Positions 28,604 through 38,416 are shown, counted from the stretch's first letter. The stretch: DNA of 41,396 nt from Ferrovum sp. (GCA_027450105.1 DAIDKJ010000001.1:1-41396), one strand, 5' to 3'. Numbers and translations: made by a program. Notes: generated by a model from the sequence alone, not told the origin.

Positions 28604-30313
28604 ATGTTACGATACCCGATCATGCCCCTCACTGTCGCCAGTTTATCCTTGGTTCTTGCCGCCTGTGGCGGCAGCAGTAGCAGTACCGTAGCGAACCCTC
28701 TGGCAGCTGCAAACTCCTTTGCCACGGCCACACCGATCAAGCATCTGGTAGTGATTTACAACGAAAACGTCTCCTTTGATCACTACTTTGCCACCTACCC
28801 CAACGCCGCGAATTCGGCAGGTTCCCCCCAGTTCAGTGCACTGGCAGGAACGCCCGCGGTCAATGGGCTTTCCGGAGCCTTGCTCACCAGTAACCCCAAC
28901 TTTCTGAATGCGGGAAATGGGACTGGCGCGTTGAATCCCTATCGGTTGGATCGCACGCAAGCGGCAACAGCTGATCAGAATCATGCCTATACCTCCGAGC
29001 AGCAAGCCTACGACAATGGCTTGATGGACCTGTTTGCAAAATTTGTGGGGAAAGCCACAACCGGTGCGGTAGGTGGTTCGGGAACCCCTGGTCAGGTGAT
29101 GGGATACTACGATGGCAATACCGTGACGGCCCTGTGGAATTATGCCCAGCACTTTGCCATGAACGATAACGCCTACACCGACACCTATGGTCCCTCCACA
29201 CCGGGAGCCCTGGAAGCAGTCTCCGGGCAAACCAATGGAGTGAAACTGGTGGCTACCACCAAACAACCGTACACGCTCGCGGCCTATTCGTATTACATCA
29301 ATGACGGCCAAGGCGGCGTTTCCCTGATCAATGATGTGGATCCGGCCTACGATGTTTGCTCCAGTGCAACCGATCAAATCATGATGACGGGAAAAAATAT
29401 TGGTGATTTGATGAATGCAGCCAATCTTCCCTGGGGGGGGTTCATGGGAGGGTTTAACCTGGGTGCTACCAATGCAAATAACACCACCGGTTGCAAATTG
29501 AGTACCTACTCTGCCGTCGTTGGTGCCACAATTACCGACTATATTCCCCACCACAACTGGTTTCAGTACTACAGTTCCACAGCCAATCCCACACATGCCC
29601 GTCCCAGTTCCACGCAAGCCATTGGATATTCTACGCAGACGGACGGGAAAACTCCGGATCCCGCCAATCACCAGTATGACCTGCAAGATTTTTACACAGC
29701 GGTCAAGGCGGGTAATTACCCTGCGGTCACTTACTTGAAAGCCCCGGCCTACCAGGATGCCCATGCGGGGTACTCCAACCCCTTGGACGAACAGGCCTTT
29801 ATCACGCAGGTGGTCAACTTTTTGCAGCAGCAACCCGACTGGAAGAGCACGGCTGTGATCGTGACCTACGATGACTCGGATGGTTGGTACGATCACGCCT
29901 ATGTGGCTCCCACCAGCGCTTCTTATGATCCTCAGGCGGATCAACTGAACGGCCCCGGGATCTGTGGCACTGGCGTTGCTCAAAACGGCGTCAGTGGGAA
30001 ACCGGTCAATGGGCGCTGCGGCCCCGGCACGCGCATCCCCTTTCTAGTGATTTCGCCCTATGCGCGTGCCAACTATGTGGATCACACCCAAATCAGCCAG
30101 GCCTCGATCGTTCGCTTCATAGAAGACAATTGGCTGTCCAGCCAGCGTTTGGGGGGCGGTTCCTTTGATGCGAATGCCGGGAGTTTGATGGGGATGTTCG
30201 ACTTTACTGCCACGGGGGGCAACAATCCGCCGTTGTACCTCGACCCTACCTACGGCTCCTTATTGAATGCGGCTCCAGTGGTATTGAAGCAAACGTCTAG
30301 TAGCAAGCTCTAG
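28604..30313 (+). CDS. Phosphoesterase-family lipoprotein (AcpA acid phosphatase / non-haemolytic phospholipase C type)
   Basis: Lipobox LVLAAC/GGSSSS, family signature IKHLVVIYNENVSFDHYFATYP and VIVTYDDSDGWYDH. GGAGAA RBS upstream. Confidence 0.82.
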   Translation: MLRYPIMPLTVASLSLVLAACGGSSSSTVANPLAAANSFATATPIKHLVVIYNENVSFDHYFATYPNAANSAGSPQFSALAGTPAVNGLSGALLTSNPNFLNAGNGTGALNPYRLDRTQAATADQNHAYTSEQQAYDNGLMDLFAKFVGKATTGAVGGSGTPGQVMGYYDGNTVTALWNYAQHFAMNDNAYTDTYGPSTPGALEAVSGQTNGVKLVATTKQPYTLAAYSYYINDGQGGVSLINDVDPAYDVCSSATDQIMMTGKNIGDLMNAANLPWGGFMGGFNLGATNANNTTGCKLSTYSAVVGATITDYIPHHNWFQYYSSTANPTHARPSSTQAIGYSTQTDGKTPDPANHQYDLQDFYTAVKAGNYPAVTYLKAPAYQDAHAGYSNPLDEQAFITQVVNFLQQQPDWKSTAVIVTYDDSDGWYDHAYVAPTSASYDPQADQLNGPGICGTGVAQNGVSGKPVNGRCGPGTRIPFLVISPYARANYVDHTQISQASIVRFIEDNWLSSQRLGGGSFDANAGSLMGMFDFTATGGNNPPLYLDPTYGSLLNAAPVVLKQTSSSKL

Positions 30314-30346
30314 CCCCATATCGATCGGACAGATCGTTACCAAAAG

Positions 30347-30385
30347 CCGGGCGTCCACAAGTTTTGTGGGCGCCCGGTCATTTTT
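30347..30385 (+). terminator. Rho-independent terminator downstream of the phosphoesterase gene
   Basis: CCGGGCGTCCACAA-GTTT-TGTGGGCGCCCGG stem (one bulge) followed by TCATTTTT. Confidence 0.75.
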
Positions 30386-30502
30386 ACCAGGGATATTCAC
30401 GGTGTGGCGGCTTCTGGCGGACATTCTCCCGGGATAGAGATCCTCTGTGGTTTTGGGCACAATGACTGAAATCCAGCGGTTACGCCATGGTGACAGGAGC
30501 AT

Positions 30503-31675
30503 ATGCTAAAAAAAATTCCTAAAAGTATTTGGGTGTTGGGCTTTGTCAGCATGTTCATGGATATTTCTTCAGAAATGATCCATAGCCTTTTGCCCCTTTT
30601 CATGGTGGACGTGCTGGGTACCAGTGTGTTGGCCGTCGGTGTCGTGGAAGGCACGGCAGAAGCAACTGCGCTAATTGTGAAAGTGTTTTCGGGAATGCTG
30701 AGCGATTATTTGGGTCGACGCAAAATGTTGACCGTGCTGGGTTATGGGATGGGTGCGCTCACCAAACCCTTGTTTGCGCTGGCACCTGTTACCGCAGTCG
30801 TTCTGACGGCCCGACTGCTGGATCGGGTAGGTAAAGGCGTGCGCGGCGCTCCACGCGATGCGCTCATCACCGATATTACGCCAGAGTCCATGCGCGGTGC
30901 CGCCTTCGGTTTGCGCCAATCCCTCGATACCATCGGTGCGTTTTTGGGGCCATTACTGGCGGTAATCTTGATGCTGCAATGGCACAACGAGTATCGGGCT
31001 GTCTTTTGGGTGGCAGTCATTCCGGGCTTGATGTCGGTTCTGTTGTTGCTCATTGGTGTGCAAGAGCCACGCCAGACAGGAAAAAAACAAAGAATCAATC
31101 CACTGCAATGGAAGCACTTGCGGCACCTGACGCGCGCCTACTGGTGGGTGGTGACCGTGGGCGCGGTTTTCACCCTGGCACGCTTCAGCGAAGCGTTTCT
31201 GGTGTTGCGTGCCCAGGAGGAAGGGATTCCCACGGCCTATGTGCCTCTGGTCATGGTGGCGATGAACGTGGTTTATTCTCTCAGCGCCTACCCCTTTGGA
31301 AAGCTGTCGGACCGCATCCCCCATCGCGTCTTATTGAACTGGGGTGTGGTGATGCTGCTGCTGGCTGACTTGCTGCTGGCTACCGGACAGAGTTGGTTAT
31401 GGCTTGGAGCAGGGTTATTCTTTTGGGGAATTCATATGGGCCTGACCCAAGGGCTGCTGGCCACCATGGTGGCTGATGCGGCGCCCGCTGACTTGCGTGG
31501 CACAGCCTTTGGTTTTTTCAATCTGATGAGTGGACTGGCGCTGCTCGTGGCCAGTCTTGTAGCGGGAATGGCTTGGGACCGTTTAGGGTCTTCCTTCACC
31601 TTTTATCTGGGTGCCGGGTTCTCAGTGATGACATGGTTGATTCTGCGCCTGGACCAGAGTTCAAAAAAGGATTGA
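30503..31675 (+). CDS. MFS transporter
   Basis: About 12 hydrophobic segments and MFS motif A GMLSDYLGRRKML. AGGAG RBS. Confidence 0.85.
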   Translation: MLKKIPKSIWVLGFVSMFMDISSEMIHSLLPLFMVDVLGTSVLAVGVVEGTAEATALIVKVFSGMLSDYLGRRKMLTVLGYGMGALTKPLFALAPVTAVVLTARLLDRVGKGVRGAPRDALITDITPESMRGAAFGLRQSLDTIGAFLGPLLAVILMLQWHNEYRAVFWVAVIPGLMSVLLLLIGVQEPRQTGKKQRINPLQWKHLRHLTRAYWWVVTVGAVFTLARFSEAFLVLRAQEEGIPTAYVPLVMVAMNVVYSLSAYPFGKLSDRIPHRVLLNWGVVMLLLADLLLATGQSWLWLGAGLFFWGIHMGLTQGLLATMVADAAPADLRGTAFGFFNLMSGLALLVASLVAGMAWDRLGSSFTFYLGAGFSVMTWLILRLDQSSKKD

Positions 31676-31727
31676 TGGCAACCCTTGGGAGCACATTTCT
31701 AGTGGGGTAAGGAGCTGCGCATCGGCC

Positions 31728-32510
31728 TTAGACCGGCAGGGGGGCAAGTGGACGATCTGGCTTTGACGGGGATCGCAGGTGTTGTTCCAGTCGGGCCAGT
31801 GTGGGCAACAAGTCCAGGCCTGAAAATTTCTTTAACCGGGAAGCCTTGTCACGTAATGTTGGAAACTGCAGTTGGGGCACAACGGATGCAAAAGCAAAAA
31901 GGATTCTGTTGCCGCTGTCGCAGGCGGGCAGGACCAGGGTCTGCTGCTCGAAGGCCAAATTCAATTGCCTGACACAATGCTGTAAACGGCGCTGGCCACC
32001 CACCACATTGATCGCCAATATCCCTCCGGGAGCTAGCCGCGCACGGCAGCATTGATAAAACGCAGCGGTTTCCAGAGCACCGGCTTTGGCGTTTTCATCG
32101 AATCCATCGATGAGCATCAAATCGAACAAGGAAACAGATTTTTGAACAAACAAAGCGCCATCATCGATGACGAGTTTCAAATGCCTGGATTCCTCGGGCA
32201 ATTTGAAAAACTGTCGGGCTGCCGTGCGCACAGCCGGGTCAATTTCAACGATGGTTTGGACCGTTTGCGGTCCATGCCGATGAATGAATTTGGTCAGGGA
32301 AGCGCTGCCCAGTCCGATCTGCAAAACCTGCTCGGGAAAGGCCGGAACTTCCTGCTCATGGAACAACAAGGAGAGCAGCATGTCGCGCGTATAGGCAAGT
32401 TCTAGCGCCCAGGGGCGTGCGATGCGCATGGCTCCCTGGATCCAGTCCGAACCAAAATGAAGGGTACGGACCCCGGCTTCTTCTCTAATCTCGATGGTCA
32501 TGGGGGGCAA
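31728..32510 (-). CDS. Spermidine-synthase-like SAM-dependent transferase
   Basis: VLQIGLGSASLTKF, IVEIDPAV and DLMLIDGFD. Short form lacking an obvious N-terminal beta-hairpin domain. Confidence 0.7.
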   Translation of the reverse strand: MPPMTIEIREEAGVRTLHFGSDWIQGAMRIARPWALELAYTRDMLLSLLFHEQEVPAFPEQVLQIGLGSASLTKFIHRHGPQTVQTIVEIDPAVRTAARQFFKLPEESRHLKLVIDDGALFVQKSVSLFDLMLIDGFDENAKAGALETAAFYQCCRARLAPGGILAINVVGGQRRLQHCVRQLNLAFEQQTLVLPACDSGNRILFAFASVVPQLQFPTLRDKASRLKKFSGLDLLPTLARLEQHLRSPSKPDRPLAPLPV

Positions 32511-32680
32511 TGATGCTCAGAAAGGGGTCCTGTCTGTTGGGCAAGTGTTCCTGCAAGGGATTCACGCAAGCTCTTCCGGCATCGTGGGGAGACAACGGGC
32601 TTTGAGTGAGTGGCATCGAATCACAAAGGCAGCAATCTTTGGCGGTATACTGCCAGTGGCGCCGAAAGAGATGAAATATC

Positions 32681-33046
32681 ATGTCAGATTTGAATGATCC
32701 AAGGGTGTTTTTTGCGGCAGAACGTACCTTGCTCGCATGGAATCGCACCAGTTTAACCCTGATGGGATTTGGGTTCATGATCGAGCGATTTGGCTTGTTC
32801 CTGCAGCTCCTTTCCTTGCAGCATGTGCAAACAGCGCATCACGGAGCCTCTCACTGGGTGGGGATCTGCTTCATTTTACTGGGTTCAATGACGGCGTTGA
32901 GCGCCATTTTCCAGTATCGAAAAGTGTTGGCGACACTCAGACCTGTGGAAATTCCTCAAGGCTATGCCGTACACTCCGGCGTCTACCTCAATGGAATCAT
33001 TGCCTTATTAGGTTTTGTGCTGATTCTTTTGATGCCGGAAGTTTGA
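32681..33046 (+). CDS. DUF202 (YidH-like) small membrane protein
   Basis: AAERTLLAWNRTSLTLMGFGFMIERF signature plus three TM segments. Confidence 0.75.
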   Translation: MSDLNDPRVFFAAERTLLAWNRTSLTLMGFGFMIERFGLFLQLLSLQHVQTAHHGASHWVGICFILLGSMTALSAIFQYRKVLATLRPVEIPQGYAVHSGVYLNGIIALLGFVLILLMPEV

Positions 33047-33153
33047 GAGACTGAGCAGATCCTAGATGCCGGCCAAAATACGGGAACTCGTCATCCTTCC
33101 AACCGGCGTTAAGCCACCAGGTTTCTGGAATTTCCTCATGAAGGCAGCAACCA

Positions 33154-33939
33154 ATGATCCATATGGGCCGCTCTGAACGGTGGATTAATGCGGAATCAAC
33201 CGGACTGACAAAGGTTCCGCAAGTGACGCTTGGCTTCTGGATCCTTAAAATTACAGCAACCACCCTGGGCGAGACGGGAGGGGATGCGGTTTCCATGTCC
33301 ATGAATCTGGGCTATCTCTACAGTTCGCTCATTTTTCTTGGAGTATTCGCCGTATTTGTGACGGCACAGATTTCTGTCAAGAAATTCCATCCACTGGTCT
33401 ATTGGGCCACCATCATTGCCACGACCACGGTTGGAACGACCCTGGCAGACTTTGCCGATCGCTCTTTGGGAATGGGCTATGCCGGTGGAGTGGGTGTGCT
33501 GTCACTGCTCTTGCTGGCATCGATTGGGCTGTGGTATCGGTGCTTGGGGACGATTGCCGTAGAGAGCATTCACTCACCGGCTTCGGAGCGATTTTACTGG
33601 GTCACCATCATGTTTTCCCAGACCCTCGGTACCGCTTTGGGTGACTGGACGGCAGACACTGCAGGTTTGGGTTACGAAGGGGGTGCGTTGATTTTTTCTG
33701 TGTTGCTTGGCCTGATCGCCTTTGCACATTTTCGTTCAGCGGTTTCTAAAACAATCCTCTTTTGGTTGGCTTTTATTTTGACACGTCCACTCGGCGCCGT
33801 GGTTGGTGATTTACTCGACAAACCCGTTACAGCCGGTGGCTTGGCGTTGAGTCGATACTCGGCCTCGAGCGTGCTATTGCTCTTCATGGGTTTATGTCTT
33901 CTGTTCCTGCCACAACGGGCTGCCACCAAGTCCCATTGA
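33154..33939 (+). CDS. Uncharacterised polytopic membrane protein with four internal repeats (COG4705-like)
   Basis: The pattern W-x14-D recurs at residues 29-44, 84-99, 149-164 and 204-219: WILKITATTLGETGGD, WATIIATTTVGTTLAD, WVTIMFSQTLGTALGD and WLAFILTRPLGAVVGD. Each copy is followed by a hydrophobic helix. Confidence 0.7.
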   Translation: MIHMGRSERWINAESTGLTKVPQVTLGFWILKITATTLGETGGDAVSMSMNLGYLYSSLIFLGVFAVFVTAQISVKKFHPLVYWATIIATTTVGTTLADFADRSLGMGYAGGVGVLSLLLLASIGLWYRCLGTIAVESIHSPASERFYWVTIMFSQTLGTALGDWTADTAGLGYEGGALIFSVLLGLIAFAHFRSAVSKTILFWLAFILTRPLGAVVGDLLDKPVTAGGLALSRYSASSVLLLFMGLCLLFLPQRAATKSH

Positions 33940-34049
33940 CTGCAGGGGGCATTGCCAGAACAGGTGTCGTCCATCCGCTGCGGTTACCGCGACCGTGGGG
34001 TGATGCCTAAGGAAAGTCTACTTGGCGGGCCCTGGGATTTCTGTAGCGC

Positions 34050-34718
34050 CTAGCGATTGAATTCCACCCAGACTTGATAGGTTTTTTGCTGCCCTGCAAG
34101 GGCCGCGGGTGGCGCGGGATAGCTTGCGGATATGACTGCAGCCAGGGCGGCACGGTCGAACAGCCCGATCTTGCTTGAGATCAGGATCCTGGCAGCAGAG
34201 GCCTGCTGATCCTTCAAACTGAATTCAACCCGAGCCCGACCGGAATAACTCATGGCCAGCGCTGCCTGGGGGTAGATGAGCGCTGACTGTACTGCTGCCC
34301 TGATCTGCCCTGCGTAGGTGGCAATTTCTGCGGCACTTTTATCAAGGTTAGGCGAGGGCTGTGGTGGTGACTGAAGGGGCGGCTTTTCCACAAAGGGGGT
34401 AGGCTCCGTGGATTTTTCCACGAGTGGCGCTGCGGGTTGCACCGTAGGAGGCGTTACAAGCCTTGGAACAGGGGTCATGTGATGTGGTACTGGAGGCTGA
34501 ACCTTGGGGGGTTCGGGTGGTTTGGGTTGTGGGGGAACCGATGTCAGGTCCAGTGTCATGACTTCCTTTAGTGGAGATTCCTTTTTCCACCAATCCAGTC
34601 GGCTGATCAGGATCAACGCGACCAGAATGATGCACTCTGCCACTACCGCATAAGCAAAAGCGCTGACATGCTTCTTTGGTTGTTCAGGAAAATGCGCTAG
34701 TGTAGCGGCCGATGCCAT
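34050..34718 (-). CDS. tonB: Energy transducer TonB
   Basis: Single N-terminal TM, Pro-rich spacer PPQPKPPEPPKVQPPVP, and C-terminal TonB domain IYPQAALAMSYSGRARVEFSL. Confidence 0.88.
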   Translation of the reverse strand: MASAATLAHFPEQPKKHVSAFAYAVVAECIILVALILISRLDWWKKESPLKEVMTLDLTSVPPQPKPPEPPKVQPPVPHHMTPVPRLVTPPTVQPAAPLVEKSTEPTPFVEKPPLQSPPQPSPNLDKSAAEIATYAGQIRAAVQSALIYPQAALAMSYSGRARVEFSLKDQQASAARILISSKIGLFDRAALAAVISASYPAPPAALAGQQKTYQVWVEFNR

Positions 34719-34723
34719 TCTGT

Positions 34724-35113
34724 CTACTCCATCCGTCGAGCGGCAATGGATACTTGCGAAATGCCTGCGGATTTCACGGCATCCAGAACGGACATGATTT
34801 TTTGCAGGGCCACCGACTGATTGCCAGAAATGGTCACCGCCGTTTTTGGGCCCATGCCTTGCAAGCGTACGGTCAACTGGGGCAAGGGCATGGGTTGATG
34901 ATCCACGGTGATGAGACCGTCATCCCCGACTTCCACCAGCAGCTTTGGCACAGGGATGTTTTCCGCAGTCCGACTGACGGGAAGTTTGGTGGTCTGGCCG
35001 GTGGTGGGGATCATTTTCAGCGTCAGCATGACAAAGAAAACCAGCAAAAACAGCATGATGTCGATCATTGGAATGATCTCGATCCGGGCCCGACGATTTT
35101 CGAAATAGCGCAT
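34724..35113 (-). CDS. exbD: Biopolymer transport protein ExbD
   Basis: ATG 35113 preceded by GAAGGA. MRYFENRRARIEIIPMIDIMLFLLVFFV. The track start 35131 is a TTG six codons upstream. Confidence 0.88.
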   Translation of the reverse strand: MRYFENRRARIEIIPMIDIMLFLLVFFVMLTLKMIPTTGQTTKLPVSRTAENIPVPKLLVEVGDDGLITVDHQPMPLPQLTVRLQGMGPKTAVTISGNQSVALQKIMSVLDAVKSAGISQVSIAARRME

Positions 35114-35154
35114 GCACAAGGGTTCCTTCAAACAGATCGTATGACAGTCGACCG

Positions 35155-35790
35155 CTAGGCGGCGTGGGGTAAACGATCCAACCGGTTGAGCAACATCACC
35201 TTCACGGTCTCCAGTTGATGGGCCACCAATCGAATGCGCGTATTCAAACCGTTAAAGAAAATCAGGCCGATCATCGCCACCACCAAGCCCGAAGCGGTTG
35301 CCAACAAGGATTCGGCAATGCCCGAGGTAACCTGCAAGGCTTCGTTGTGATCGCCACCCAGCACACTGAAGGTATTGAACATCCCAAAAATGGTCCCAAA
35401 CAACCCGAGCAACGGAGCCAGGGTAATGATGGTGTCCAGCATCCAGAGGGAACGGTCCAGTTTGGGGACTTCGTGCAACACCGCTTCTTCCAGCAGGCCA
35501 TCCAGAACCTGACGGTTTGCCGTTGGAGCGGCATGGATGGATAACGCCGCAGCCACAATACGCAAGTGAGGCAGATTGGGGTGCGCTTCCGTAAAAGCAC
35601 GCCAGCGCGATTGGTCCGTGTGATGCTCGGAAATTACGGTGTGGATGAGCCGCTCTCCCCCTTCAATCATGTTGGACAGATAGCGGCTGCGCTCGATGAT
35701 GACCGTCAACGCCAAAGTAAGCAGAAGAATCATGAGGTACAAGGTACCGCCGGAATCATTGGCCAAATCTATCAAGTGCTTTAAATCCAT
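35155..35790 (-). CDS. exbB: MotA/TolQ/ExbB proton channel protein
   Basis: ATG 35790 (MDLKHLIDL). LAPLLGLFGTIFGMFNTF and GIAESLLATASGLVVAMIGLIFFN. A longer in-frame start at 35841 is possible. Confidence 0.88.
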   Translation of the reverse strand: MDLKHLIDLANDSGGTLYLMILLLTLALTVIIERSRYLSNMIEGGERLIHTVISEHHTDQSRWRAFTEAHPNLPHLRIVAAALSIHAAPTANRQVLDGLLEEAVLHEVPKLDRSLWMLDTIITLAPLLGLFGTIFGMFNTFSVLGGDHNEALQVTSGIAESLLATASGLVVAMIGLIFFNGLNTRIRLVAHQLETVKVMLLNRLDRLPHAA

Positions 35791-36022
35791 GATCGTTGTT
35801 GTCCTATCTGGCAGGTGTTCAGCAAGTGATCCATTCTCCAAATTTATCGTTGCAGTTTTATGAAGGTTGCCAGCTCAAGGTGCTGAGTGTGGTGTGAAGG
35901 GAGAATACGATCGAATCGCAAGGACAGGATATGCAACAAAAAGTTAACGTGAACCTAAAGAAACTGCAATATGGGATGAAGACAATCGCCGGTTTGAAGG
36001 ATTTCCAAACCGGGGGTGAGAC

Positions 36023-38263
36023 GTGACGAATACATTACATCAGAAACGGGTTTTGAGCACCGTGGTCCTGTCGGTATTTTCTGCAATTGCTGCCATGAAC
36101 GCCATGGCAGATCAGGCCATGGATGTTGGCAGTGTTGCCACCAGTGGTGGCACTAATGCAATGGCAGCCAGTGTGACCGGAAAAGGATCTGCAACCTACG
36201 AAGCCCCCAGCAGTATGTCGATGGACACGACCGAGCCGGTATTTAATATCAGCCAGCATTTCGTAGAAGAGAATGCCTCGGCAGGATCCAATTACAGCGA
36301 TATCATTTCCTTTCTCCCGAGCGTGAATAGCGTTGATCCGAACGGGCCCGGAATGATGGAAACCCAAAGCCTGACCTTGCGCGGGTTCCAGGATGGACAA
36401 TACAACGTGACCTTTGATGGGATCCCATGGGGGGACTCCAATGATTTCACCCATCATTCCACCTCCTACTTCATGGCGCAGGATATTGGTGGAGTTGCTG
36501 TGGATTTAGGTCCTGGAGATGCCAGTAATATTGGCTATTCCACCTTTGGCGGAACCATTGCCATCAATTCCAAAAACCCAACGAACGCTCCGGGGACAAC
36601 CGCATTTGGTAGCTTTGGCAGTTGGAACACCCGATTGCTTGGGGCCCAATTTGATACGGGAAGTATGCAAAATTATGGGGATGCCAAGGGCTACGTGAGC
36701 TATAAGTCCTTTGCGACCGATGGATACCTGACCAACAGTGCCCAACGCCGGCAAAATCTGTTCATGAAGTTTCAGAAGGTTGTGGGCGAAGACAGTCTGC
36801 TGACATTCGTGGCCATGGGAAACAAACTAAATCAAAATGTGCCCTATGGTGCAACCTTTCAGCAAATGGCCCAGTTTGGGCGGAACTACGGCTTATCCTC
36901 CGATCCAAACAGCCAAGCCTTTTACGGCTATAACTACGACGACATCACCTCTGATTTCGAATATGTAGGTCTGAAGACCCATTTCGGAGAATTGCAACTG
37001 GATAACAAGCTCTACACCTACGCCTATTACCACAATGGGTATAACGGATTGAACCCGGGTTTTGGCACCTATCCGGGCACGGGCAATGGCCAGGGCTTGC
37101 CTCAAACCGGAACGGTAGTGGGAGGAGTGGCCTACCCCAACGATGTGCCAGGGCAGGCCATGACCATGAATTATCGTTCGGTGGGAGATTTGCTGCGCAT
37201 GTCAGAAGCGCTTGGGCGCGGCCAACTGGATTTTGGGGCCTGGCTGGATTATCAAACCAATAATCGATCCCAAATCGAAACGGATTGGACTTTAAACCAA
37301 GCTTACAATACGGCAAATCAGGTCAGTGGCCCCAGTGGCATGCTGGCTTACACGGATCGGCTGATGCAGGACACACTCACGACACTCCAGCCCTATGTGC
37401 AGTACGAATGGAAAGTGGCAGATAATTGGGTGGTTACCCCTGGCTTGAAGTATTCCTACTTCAAGCGTTCTTTCAACTCTGCGGTCCAGCAGGGCACGGG
37501 TGCGCCGGATAACAGTTCGGAAAGCTGGGCAAAGTTGTTGCCGGCATTGACCACCAACTACAAGTTGTCAGGCAACTGGTCATTCTATGCAGAATATGCC
37601 GAGGGATTCATGGCTCCCAATATGAATCTGTTCTACAAGAACAGCCCGCAAACGGGCTCGTTACAGCCCCAGTCCACAAAAAACTACCAAATGGGAACAG
37701 TCTGGACAAGCCATGACCTGTCCCTCAGTGCCGATCTTTACCGTATCGATTTCACGAACAAAATCAATTCGTACGGTTGTGGAATATTCACCTGCTTCAA
37801 TAATGTGGGGGGCGTAAAATACGATGGGGGAGAATTGCAGGGCACATGGATGGTGGTCAAAGGCTTGAGTCTGTATGGAAACCTGGGGATCAACAACTAC
37901 TCCACCAGCGATGGCAGCATTTTGCCATATACTCCCCACACGACGGCAGCCATTGGCGCAATTTATGAGGATTCCAAATGGTATGCCTCGCTCATTGCCA
38001 AGGAAGTGGGCGAGAGAAATTCTGGCGCTGGAAACGGGAACATTCCCTTTGGCTCTTACACCGTTACCGATCTGAATGTCAGTTATAAAGTGGATACAGG
38101 TTGGAATTGGGCCAAACAGGCCAAATTGGGCTTGCAGGTCAATAATTTGTTCAACCGGAACGATATCTACGCCACCTATGGCGCGACCGATCAGAACAAC
38201 AATCCGCTGTACTTTGGCTTGCCGGAACGTTACGTCCAGGCCAATTTTGCCTTTACGTTCTAG
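36023..38263 (+). CDS. TonB-dependent outer-membrane receptor
   Basis: GTG start after GGGGGTGAG. Signal peptide ..AIAAMNAMA/DQA, plug motifs SLTLRGF and FDGIPWGD, and terminal beta-signal QANFAFTF. Substrate not inferable. Confidence 0.88.
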   Translation: MTNTLHQKRVLSTVVLSVFSAIAAMNAMADQAMDVGSVATSGGTNAMAASVTGKGSATYEAPSSMSMDTTEPVFNISQHFVEENASAGSNYSDIISFLPSVNSVDPNGPGMMETQSLTLRGFQDGQYNVTFDGIPWGDSNDFTHHSTSYFMAQDIGGVAVDLGPGDASNIGYSTFGGTIAINSKNPTNAPGTTAFGSFGSWNTRLLGAQFDTGSMQNYGDAKGYVSYKSFATDGYLTNSAQRRQNLFMKFQKVVGEDSLLTFVAMGNKLNQNVPYGATFQQMAQFGRNYGLSSDPNSQAFYGYNYDDITSDFEYVGLKTHFGELQLDNKLYTYAYYHNGYNGLNPGFGTYPGTGNGQGLPQTGTVVGGVAYPNDVPGQAMTMNYRSVGDLLRMSEALGRGQLDFGAWLDYQTNNRSQIETDWTLNQAYNTANQVSGPSGMLAYTDRLMQDTLTTLQPYVQYEWKVADNWVVTPGLKYSYFKRSFNSAVQQGTGAPDNSSESWAKLLPALTTNYKLSGNWSFYAEYAEGFMAPNMNLFYKNSPQTGSLQPQSTKNYQMGTVWTSHDLSLSADLYRIDFTNKINSYGCGIFTCFNNVGGVKYDGGELQGTWMVVKGLSLYGNLGINNYSTSDGSILPYTPHTTAAIGAIYEDSKWYASLIAKEVGERNSGAGNGNIPFGSYTVTDLNVSYKVDTGWNWAKQAKLGLQVNNLFNRNDIYATYGATDQNNNPLYFGLPERYVQANFAFTF

Positions 38264-38283
38264 TCATTTTGCACAGGGTTTTG

Positions 38284-38321
38284 CAGGCACTGGCGACAAG
38301 CACTTCCATCGCCAGTGCCTG
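38284..38321. repeat. Perfect 13-bp inverted repeat (stem-loop) between the receptor and the MetA-type channel genes
   Basis: CAGGCACTGGCGA (38284-38296), a 12-nt loop, then TCGCCAGTGCCTG (38309-38321). No U-tract follows. Confidence 0.6.
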
Positions 38322-38416
38322 TACCCACTCCGGCGCACTCATTTTGAGTCGCAGGCCCATTTAACCAACACGATGATGGATGCACTGATCCTCTTCTGTA
38401 CGGTGGCCAAGGTCCA

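Noticed and set aside
28643-29983. 446-codon ORF antisense to the phosphoesterase gene
   Set aside because: Its composition is low-complexity and Gly/Arg/Ile-rich with no recognisable motif. It lies entirely inside a gene with strong family signatures, a lipobox and an RBS on the other strand. It looks like a typical stop-poor shadow frame, though its length is notable.
35842-36022. Possible cobalamin riboswitch or Fur box in the exbB/receptor spacer (GTGAAGGGAGAA resembles part of the B12 core)
   Set aside because: The remaining conserved B12-element blocks (the GGTG..AATCC pairing, the CCCGCAACTGT-type segment and the B12 box) are absent. Nothing resembles GATAATGATAATCATTATC. An Rfam scan would be decisive.
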